A stretch of DNA of 58,569 nt. It comes from Clostridia bacterium. Lineage in GTDB: Bacteria > Bacillota > Clostridia > Oscillospirales > CAG-272. The stretch spans positions 1 through 58,569 of the forward strand of contig JAFWTH010000037.1 in assembly GCA_017518975.1 (NCBI GenBank), read 5' to 3'. Position 1 is the first letter of the stretch; the number at the start of each line of letters is the position of its first letter. The notes under the pieces are model-generated. The model was not told the origin of the DNA. It ran no database searches and was given only the letters and a program-made list of their open reading frames with translations. Positions 37,471-45,600 of the stretch are shown one piece after another. Both the position numbers and the translations under genes were made by a program.

Positions 37471-39483
37471 ATGAATATGGCAAAAAAGGGTCCCTCCGCT
37501 AAATATAACGATCAATCGATAACCGCCCTCAAAGGCGCCGACAGAGTAAGAAAAAGACCCGCGGTCATCTTCGGCTCGGACGGACTTGAGGGATGCGAAC
37601 ACTCCGTTTTCGAGATCCTCTCCAACTCGGTCGACGAGGCGAGAGAGGGCTACGGCAGCAAGATCGTGATAACGGCTTTTACCGATAAATCGATAAAAAT
37701 AGAAGACTTCGGACGCGGCGTTCCGCTCGGTTGGAACAAGGCGGAAAACCGCTTCAACTGGGAACTCATCTACTGCGAGCTTTACGCGGGCGGGAAATAC
37801 GACAACAACAGCGAGGACTCCGCGTACGAGTTCTCCCTCGGTCTCAACGGACTCGGCGCCTGCGCCACCCAGTATTCGAGCGAATATTTCTTCGTCGACT
37901 CGTACGACGGGGAGAACGTCAGCTCGATGGAATTCCGCCGCGGCGATCCGGTAGGCGAACTCAAGGTCCGTCCTCTCGAGAAGAAAGAAAGACGCGTAGG
38001 TACGGTCCAGCACTGGAAACCCGACCTCGACGTATTCACCGAAATCGATATCCCGAAGGAGTATTATGAAGATATGCTCCGCCGTCAGGCGGTCGTCAAC
38101 GCGGGTATCCGCTTCATCTTCCGCTGGCAGGAAGAGAGCGGTAAATTCACGGAATCGGAATATTTCTACGAGCGCGGCATCGTCGATTACATCGAGGAGA
38201 TCGCGGGCGGCTCCGCGGAGACTAAAATAACCGAATGGCACCTTGAGACGAAGGGCCGCGACCGCGAGGACATGAACGACTACAAGCTCAAGGTCGACGT
38301 CGCGTTCTGTATGTCGAAGACCGTTCAAGCGCTCGAATACTACCACTGCGCGTCGTATCTCGAGCACGGCGGCTCTCCGGACAAGGCGGTGCGCACGGCG
38401 TTCACCTACGCCGTGGACAAAAAGCTCCGCGCCGCGAACAAGTACAACAAAAACGAGAGCAAGATCTCGTTCGGTGACATCGAGGACTGTCTTATCCTCG
38501 TATCCAACAGCGTCTCGACGCAGACGTCTTACGCGAACCAGACGAAAAAGGCGATCACCAACTCGTTCATCGCCGAAGCGATGACGAATTTCCTCAAAGA
38601 ACAGCTCGAGATCTACTTTCTCGAGAACCCCGCCGACACGGAACGCTTCCTCAACCAGGTCCTGATAAACAAAAGATCCCGCGAACAGGCGGAATCGGCG
38701 AGGATCAACCTCAAAAAGAAACTCTCCGGATCGACGGAGGGCGTGAACAGGATCGAAAAATTCGTGTCCTGCAACTCGAAAGATCCGGAAAAGCGGGAAC
38801 TTTACATCGTCGAGGGCGACTCGGCTCTCACGTCGTGTAAGCTCGGACGCGACGCGGACTTCCAGGCGATCATCCCGGTCCGCGGCAAAACGCTCAACTG
38901 CCTCAAAGCATCGTACGACGCGATCTTCAAGAGCGATATCATAGTCGACCTCCTCCGCATCCTCGGATGCGGCGTCGAGTTGTCCGGCAAGGTCAAGGGG
39001 AGCATGGTCGAGTTCGATCTGTCCGCTCTCCGCTGGGCGAAGATCATCATCTGCACCGACGCGGACGAGGACGGCTTCCAGATAAGAACGCTCATCCTTA
39101 CGATGTTTTACCGTCTTCTCCCCACCCTCATAAACGAGGGGCGCGTCTATATCGCCGAATCGCCTCTGTACGAGATCAAGGTAAAGGACAAATCTCTCTT
39201 CGCTTATAACGAGCCGGAAAAGGCGAACATCGTCCGTAGTCTCGACGAGTCCGGGACGAAATACGTCCTTCAGCGCTCAAAGGGTCTCGGCGAGAACGAG
39301 CCCGATATGATGTGGGAAACGACGATGAACCCGGAGACGAGACGGCTCATCCGCGTTTCGCGCGCGGACGCCGAACAGACGGCGTATATCTTCGAGACGC
39401 TTCTGGGCGACGATCTGCCGGCAAGAAAGGAATTCATCGCCGCGCACGGGTCGGAATACCTGAACGACGTCGACGCGTATTGA
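37471..39483 (+). CDS. Type IIA topoisomerase B subunit (ParE/GyrB-like)
   Basis: VRKRP, EILSNSVDE, DFGRGVP, AGGKY, GLNGLG, VEGDSA, PVRGK, TDADEDG, KGLGE. Confidence 0.92.
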   Translation: MNMAKKGPSAKYNDQSITALKGADRVRKRPAVIFGSDGLEGCEHSVFEILSNSVDEAREGYGSKIVITAFTDKSIKIEDFGRGVPLGWNKAENRFNWELIYCELYAGGKYDNNSEDSAYEFSLGLNGLGACATQYSSEYFFVDSYDGENVSSMEFRRGDPVGELKVRPLEKKERRVGTVQHWKPDLDVFTEIDIPKEYYEDMLRRQAVVNAGIRFIFRWQEESGKFTESEYFYERGIVDYIEEIAGGSAETKITEWHLETKGRDREDMNDYKLKVDVAFCMSKTVQALEYYHCASYLEHGGSPDKAVRTAFTYAVDKKLRAANKYNKNESKISFGDIEDCLILVSNSVSTQTSYANQTKKAITNSFIAEAMTNFLKEQLEIYFLENPADTERFLNQVLINKRSREQAESARINLKKKLSGSTEGVNRIEKFVSCNSKDPEKRELYIVEGDSALTSCKLGRDADFQAIIPVRGKTLNCLKASYDAIFKSDIIVDLLRILGCGVELSGKVKGSMVEFDLSALRWAKIIICTDADEDGFQIRTLILTMFYRLLPTLINEGRVYIAESPLYEIKVKDKSLFAYNEPEKANIVRSLDESGTKYVLQRSKGLGENEPDMMWETTMNPETRRLIRVSRADAEQTAYIFETLLGDDLPARKEFIAAHGSEYLNDVDAY

Positions 39484-39494
39484 GGACGACGGAT

Positions 39495-40298
39495 ATGAGA
39501 CCGGAAGAAATGTACGGGTTCAGAAAGGGCGAGCTTCCTCTCGAAAGGACCGTTCAGGACGGCGGCTTCTGCGGTATCTTCCGCCGGATCGGCTGTATCG
39601 GCGACTCGCTCTCGGCGGGTGAGTTCGAATCGAGGCGCGCGGACGGCACCACCGGCTTCCACGATATGTACGAATACTCGTGGGGATCGTATATCGGACG
39701 GGATACCGGCGCCGATATCGTGAATATGGGAAGGGATCTGATGACGGCGGAGGAATTCGTCACGTCTTACGCCGACCTGATGCACTTTTTCGATCCCGCG
39801 CTCGCCTGTCAGGCGTATATAATCGCGCTCGGTGTCAACGATCTGTTCACGAAGAACGGACCGCTCGGCACGATCGCCGACGTTCATCCCGACGCCCCGG
39901 AGAAGAACGCTCCGACCTTCGCGGGATATCTCGGGCGGATATTATCCCGCTTCAAGAAGATATCTCCGCGCTGCCGCTTTTTCCTCGTGTCGATGCCGCA
40001 TCAGGAGTGCGAGGGGCGCTGGAACCCGACGGTCGAGGCGCACCGCGATCTGCTTTTTGAGATGGCGGAGCTTTACTCACACACCTACGTTCTGGATCTG
40101 TGCGAGTATTTCCCCCGGCAGAACGACGAGATCCGCTCTCTCATCTACATGGGAGGCCATTTCAATCCGATGGGCTATCTGTATATAGCGCGGTGTTTTG
40201 AAAGTTACATAGACTGGTATATCAGGCGCTCCCCGCGCGACTTTGCGGAGGTCCCGTTCATCGGGACGGATAAGCGCTTTTACGAGGTGATAAAATGA
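39495..40298 (+). CDS. SGNH/GDSL hydrolase, paralog 1
   Basis: CIGDSL, LGVND, C-terminal GHFNPMGY; ATG 39495 after GAGGA. Confidence 0.85.
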   Translation: MRPEEMYGFRKGELPLERTVQDGGFCGIFRRIGCIGDSLSAGEFESRRADGTTGFHDMYEYSWGSYIGRDTGADIVNMGRDLMTAEEFVTSYADLMHFFDPALACQAYIIALGVNDLFTKNGPLGTIADVHPDAPEKNAPTFAGYLGRILSRFKKISPRCRFFLVSMPHQECEGRWNPTVEAHRDLLFEMAELYSHTYVLDLCEYFPRQNDEIRSLIYMGGHFNPMGYLYIARCFESYIDWYIRRSPRDFAEVPFIGTDKRFYEVIK

Positions 40299-41089
40299 GA
40301 CCCGAAGAGATGTATGAGTTCGATCCGAACGAAAAACCGCTCGACCGACTGGCTCCGGGAGGCGGCTTCTGCGGGATCTTCCGCTCGATCGGCTGCGTCG
40401 GCGACTCTCTCGCCTCCGGCGAGTTTGAATCTAAACTCGACGACGGAGAGGGCAGAAACGTCGATATGTTCGATTACTCGTGGGGGCAATATATCGCCCG
40501 CGACACCGGCGCCGTCGTCCGCAACTTCTCCCGTGGCGGGATGACTGCGAAGGAATACTGGAACTCATTCGCCGAGGATATGGGGTACTGGGACCCCGCT
40601 CTCGCGTGCCAGGCGTATATAATCGCGCTGGGCGTGAACGACCTTTACTACTGCAAGTGGGAGATCGGCTCGACGGACGACGTTCACCCCGACGAGCCGG
40701 AAAAGAACGCCGATAATTTCGCGGGATACTACGGAAAGATAATCTCCCGTCTGCGCTCGATCCAGCCGAGAGCGAGGTTTTTCCTGATGTCGATGCCGAG
40801 CGAACCGGACGGCGAGAATGAGATGCGCCGCGCCGCCCGCGATCTGCTCGACGGGATGACGAAATTATACCCGAGGACGTATCTGCTCGACTTTTACGAG
40901 TATTTCCCCGAGCAGACGGACGAGTTCAAGCGTTTCTTCTACACGGGAACGCACCTTGATCCCATGGGTTATCTCTTCACCGCGCGCTGCGTGGAAAGCT
41001 ACATAGACTGGCATATCCGCCGCGACCCGCGCGCGTTCGCCGAAGTACCCTTCATCGGCACCGACCTGAGATATTACGAGAAAATATAA
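40295..41089 (+). CDS. SGNH/GDSL hydrolase, paralog 2
   Basis: CVGDSL, SRGG, LGVND, THLDPMGY; colinear with paralog 1, ATGA overlap. Confidence 0.85.
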   Translation: MRPEEMYEFDPNEKPLDRLAPGGGFCGIFRSIGCVGDSLASGEFESKLDDGEGRNVDMFDYSWGQYIARDTGAVVRNFSRGGMTAKEYWNSFAEDMGYWDPALACQAYIIALGVNDLYYCKWEIGSTDDVHPDEPEKNADNFAGYYGKIISRLRSIQPRARFFLMSMPSEPDGENEMRRAARDLLDGMTKLYPRTYLLDFYEYFPEQTDEFKRFFYTGTHLDPMGYLFTARCVESYIDWHIRRDPRAFAEVPFIGTDLRYYEKI

Positions 41090-41219
41090 TGCGCCGAAGG
41101 CGCAATTCATGATTTTACGCACAGCGGAAAATCAATTCATGACGGCTGCGCCGTCAATTCACGAACCCCGCGCTAAAAAAGCGCGGGGTTCAATTCATTC
41201 GTCCTCATGGCGCATTATT
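41086..41219. repeat. Hairpin array with four CAATTCA(T/C) linkers
   Basis: Linkers at 41103, 41133, 41155 and 41191, each preceded by a different hairpin; outer ATAATGCGCC/GGCGCATTAT. Confidence 0.85.
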
Positions 41220-41592
41220 AAATGTGTTCTCTTACCCACGCGAGAAGCGCTTCGTAATCCATCGTGCCCGCTGCGACGGCGAGTCCGACCTCGGCGACTT
41301 CCTCGTTCGTACACTCGACGCGAAGTCCGTTGACTTCGAGAAACGTCAGCATGACGTACATCCCGATCCGCTTGTTTCCGTCGACGAAAGCGTGGTTCGA
41401 GATCAGCGTGTATCCGAGCCGAGCTCCTTTTTCTTCTTTCGTGGGGTAAAACTCCCTCTCTCCGAATCCGGCGAACGCCCCCTCGAGCGCGGACTCGAGA
41501 AGCGCCTCGTCGCGGACGCCTATACTTCCGCCGGTCTCTTCCGCGATCAGTTTGTGGAGCAGCAGGACCTTGTCTTTTGAGAATTTTATCAT
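41218..41592 (-). CDS. doc: Doc-family (Fic) toxin
   Basis: GVRDEALLESAL, HAFVDGNKRIG Fic/Doc motif. Confidence 0.92.
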   Translation of the reverse strand: MIKFSKDKVLLLHKLIAEETGGSIGVRDEALLESALEGAFAGFGEREFYPTKEEKGARLGYTLISNHAFVDGNKRIGMYVMLTFLEVNGLRVECTNEEVAEVGLAVAAGTMDYEALLAWVREHI

Positions 41593-41831
41593 TTCGCAAG
41601 CTCCCTGAACGCCGGAAGGAACCGTTTCAGGATCCTCGCGGCGACGACGTCGATCTTTTCGTCGTCCGTCAAACCGATGTCCGGCTCGAGATCGAGATTC
41701 ACGAGCTTGTACGCCGGTCTGTTGTTTTTGAAAACGATCGCTTCGCCGTGCTCGTCGGCGATCCGTGTGGCGCGGCTGAAATTCCGGTTTGCCTCGGTCA
41801 CGCTGATGATGCGCTCGGTGTCGATGATCAT
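41589..41831 (-). CDS. phd: Phd/YefM-family antitoxin
   Basis: IISVTEANRNFS...IVFKNNRP; AAGGAGG RBS; ATGA overlap with doc. Confidence 0.88.
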   Translation of the reverse strand: MIIDTERIISVTEANRNFSRATRIADEHGEAIVFKNNRPAYKLVNLDLEPDIGLTDDEKIDVVAARILKRFLPAFRELAK

Positions 41832-41847
41832 TGGTTTCGCCTCCTTG

Positions 41848-41893
41848 TAGGTATTATTGTACCTATTATAATATGTATTATTCTCAAAGTCAA
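41848..41893 (-). promoter_or_regulatory. TA promoter with palindromic operator
   Basis: TTGACT-17 bp-TATAAT; TAGGTA-N6-TACCTA (41848-41865) spanning the predicted +1. Confidence 0.75.
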
Positions 41894-42018
41894 GCATTTT
41901 TGTGCTTTTGGACCCGGCGAGTCCAAACCCGTCGGCTTTTTCCCGAAGACGGTAGTTTTTTTTACATATTTGTGTTAAGATATGAATAGTTGCCAAGTTA
42001 TGAACCGAGGGACAAAAA

Positions 42019-42444
42019 ATGATCAAACTATATCATTATACGTTAAAAGAAAACCTTGAAAAAATATTGAGTGAAGGTTTAAAACCAACCTCGCACTATG
42101 AAGAATTCACCGATCTGCGCCGAGGCGTCGTGTTCTGTTGGCTTTCGCCGGATGATCAAAAGATATTTAATGATAATATAGTCTGCCTTGAAATAGAAGT
42201 CGAAGAAGACCGCTGTATGGTTGCCGAAATGGATTACATAAGCTTTGCTATGATGTACAAATACGGCGGCGCAAATTTTGGCGGCAAGAATCTTCCGATC
42301 AATCCGGACGCGTCCAACCTTTTTGTTAAACTCTATGAGGTGACCGCAACAAAAATCGACAACTGCGAAAAAAACAATTTTTTCACTCCCGAGGTTTTGG
42401 TAAAAGGAGAGATACGCGCAAATCATATTAAAATTCTTAATTGA
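42019..42444 (+). CDS. Hypothetical protein with ADP-ribosyltransferase-like motifs
   Basis: LYHYT..ENLEKILSEGLKP N-terminus, VFCWLS strand, PEVLVKGEI C-terminus; AT-rich. Confidence 0.55.
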   Translation: MIKLYHYTLKENLEKILSEGLKPTSHYEEFTDLRRGVVFCWLSPDDQKIFNDNIVCLEIEVEEDRCMVAEMDYISFAMMYKYGGANFGGKNLPINPDASNLFVKLYEVTATKIDNCEKNNFFTPEVLVKGEIRANHIKILN

Positions 42445-42447
42445 ATA

Positions 42448-42504
42448 ATGAATTGCGAAGGTGCCGCATGAATTGAGCCCCGCGACGATTTGCCGCGGGG
42501 CTCT
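42448..42504. repeat. Inverted partial copy of the CAATTCAT hairpin array
   Basis: ATGAATTG at 42448 and 42468, then GAGCCCCGCG..CGCGGGGCTC mirroring 41163-41198. Confidence 0.75.
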
Positions 42505-42508
42505 TCCT

Positions 42509-42602
42509 TAATACGCCGAAGGCGTATATCATCCCGCGAAGCGGGATATCATACCCCGACAGGGGTATATCATCAGACCACTCGGGGGCTGATATCATTC
42601 GC
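42509..42602. repeat. Hairpin array with four ATATCAT linkers
   Basis: ATATCAT at 42526, 42546, 42567 and 42592, separated by hairpins; begins with TACGCCGAAGGCGTA. Confidence 0.85.
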
Positions 42603-42616
42603 GCCCTTCCTGCGCG

Positions 42617-45600
42617 TTATCTTTTCTCACCGCAAACGGAGCAGCGCCATACCGCTTTCCCGTCCTCGCCTTTCTCGGCGACCCAGACGTGACCGTACGT
42701 CGCGTGCAGGACCGCGCCGCACTCGGTGCAGGTCTGCGCCGACGTGCACGTCGGCTCCGCGCCGGGCGTGTGGATATGGTGCTCGCGCTCGACTATCGTA
42801 TACGCAATGCCGAAATCGCGGCAGATCTTCTCGTAGGGCGAGCCCGCCTCGACCTCGACTCCCGCGTTGAAATCCCAGTAATCGGGCAGGAAGTTGACCG
42901 TAGGCGGCATGTAGATCGGCGTGTTCATGTGGATGCTTCCGACGCTGACGACGCCGTACGGCACGTCGAGGCGCGTCAGCGGGCAGTTCGTGAACGCGTT
43001 GTTTCCGATCGAGCGCAGACTGTTCGGCAGAACGACCTCGGAGAGGGAGCGGTCGTCGACGAACGCCCTCTCGGCGATGCTGAGAACGGAATTCGGCAAC
43101 ACGACGCGCTCGATGTTCGGGCATTCGCGGAAAGCGTTGTACATTATCTCCGTCACCCCGTACGGGATCTCGAGCGTGCCCGAGACGGATGCTTTCCAGA
43201 ACGCGCCCGAACCGATATACCGCAGACCCGACGGGAACTCGACCGACTCGAGCGACGAGCACCCGTAGAACGCGTATTTCCCTATCTCGTACAGCCCCGC
43301 GGGGAACCCGACGGACGTGAGCGACGAGCAGAGCGCGAACGTTCTGCCGCCAATCTTCTCCACCGCGTCGGGAATATCTATCGACCTCAGCGACCTGCAG
43401 TCGTAGAACGCGCTGTCGCCGATCTCGCGAACTCCCGGGATCGAGACGCCCTCGAGCGAGAAGCACCTGAAAAACGCGTATTCCGGCAGAGCCGTAACGC
43501 TCTCAGGCAGAGCGACGGACTTAACGGCGGGGGAGGACGAGGTGAACGCGAATCCGCAGATCCCCGTCACGGGCGCGCCGCCCAGCGTCTCCGGCACCGT
43601 CACTTCGGTCCCGCCGCCAGCGTAGCGGACTACGGTCGCCTCGCCGTTCGATACGAAAAATTCAAATCCGTCCTCGACCGCGTGAGCCGGGACGTCGGGC
43701 GCCGTCGTCGGTTCGGGATCGTCCGCGTCGAGTTCGAGAAGGAGCGTCACGTCGCGCTCGAGCGTGACCGTCTGCCCGTAACGGTCTCCCGTTCTCAGAT
43801 CCTTCGAGGACGGAACGGGAACTCCGTCGAGGACGATCTTCACTTCAAGAGGTTCATCGCAACCCATCGACCAAAGGGTGACGAGCGTCTTTCCGTCATA
43901 GTCTGCGCTCAGCCACTCGGTCGCTTCCCCGACCGGCTCGCCGGTCGCGGCGTCCGTGACCCAGATCCTCTGCATTTCGTTCGCCCGGAACCACTCGGCG
44001 AGAACTTTTCTGTATTCCTCCGCCGAGGTGCGGACGCCGTAGATATCCGCCGCCGCTTTGATCCTGTCGGGAAGAGCGGACGAAGTCGGCTCGTTCAGTT
44101 CGTTCCTCGTCAGCGAATCGAAGCCGAAGATCACGACTTTGCCGCCCCGGGCGACGAACGCGTCGATCGCCTCGAGCGTCTTTTCGCAAACGTTCACGCT
44201 CTCGGGGATTATGAGCAATTTTATCTTGTCCGATCCGAGCTTTTCGATCTGTTCCTCGGACAGTACGCGGACCTTCTTGCCGCATTCCAGCGCGCCGAGG
44301 TACGCTCCGTTCATCGTCTCCGTCGAGGATCCCGTCGTAAACTGGCGCGACGGGTACGAGTACAGGATCGCGACGTCGGGCTCCTCCGAGACGATCGCGT
44401 CGACCTCGCAGGAGAGGCGGTTCAGATCCATCGTGACCGCGCCGACCCTGTATCTGCCGAGCGGACGGTACGCCGAGTTGCCGAACGAGAAATGCTCGGT
44501 GTACCCCGGCCAGTAATCGTCGGAAAAGAAGTTGCCGATGCCGAGATGGTGCATCATCCCGCGCCAGATTATCCGCTCCGTCAGCACGTCCATGCCGTAG
44601 GTGAACGCGGTGTCGCGGCTGTCGTGGTAGATATGCACCTCGGAGTCGACGACGGGCGCCTCCTCCGCGTACGCGATGTGGTCGTAGTACATAACGTCCT
44701 CGCGGACGTCGTCGCATCCGCCGAGATCCTGGAAGTCAGCCCAGTCCTCGGGACGAAGACCGTACTGCTGCATCGAGCGGTCGAACTCGATCGACTTGAG
44801 TTTCGTGCTTATCGGGATATCGGGCGCCATTTCGTGAACGATCCCGGCGACCCACCTGAACCAGTCGGAGTGGACCTTCGTCGCGAACTCCTGATTGTCG
44901 AGCGACAGCTGATCCCTCTCGATCAGGATATCGCGGTCGGCGAGCGGGACGTCTTCGAACTTCGCGTAAAGCGCGCCGTACACCTCGTTCAGCCGGTCGA
45001 TACCGCCGTATTTATCCCTCAAAAATTCCGCCCACATCGGGATATAGTAATCGCCGTGCTCCGACGGCTTGAACGCCGGCTCGTTGGAGATAACGAAGCT
45101 GTTGACGCACTTGTATTTCGTGACGAGCGGGACGACGGCGCGAAGGAACGCCTCGATTACCTCGCGCCCCTTGGGATGGTTGAGGTTGATGCCGACCTGA
45201 CCGCCCTCGGAGCCCTCGATCCGGGCGAGTTCGGGATAGATCTCGCATATCGAATCCGCGCCGATAACGAGCATGAACGAGACCGCCTGATCCCCGTCGT
45301 TCAGATCGGAGAAATAGTGCAGATCGCGCTCAACGTCGGACGTGTCGATCACGTATTTCCCGTCCGCGCTCACGCCCTCCGTATCGGACGGCGTCGCGGC
45401 GCGCACTACGCGCGCTACGGACAGAGCGTAATAGTGGAACGCGTTGCTGCCGAGATCCGAATAGTATTTCGCGTACGTCCACGGGTACTCCCCGCCGTCG
45501 CCGTAGCCGAAGAAGTAAACGGGCCTGTTCTCGAAATTGCCGTAGCTGTCGACCGTGTTCGCGCGAAGCGTGAAACCGTCGACCTCGATCGGACTCGTGA

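Noticed and set aside
41086-42602. Hairpin arrays as a CRISPR array
   Set aside because: The constant parts are only 7-8 nt, the spacers are self-complementary and short, and there are no cas genes
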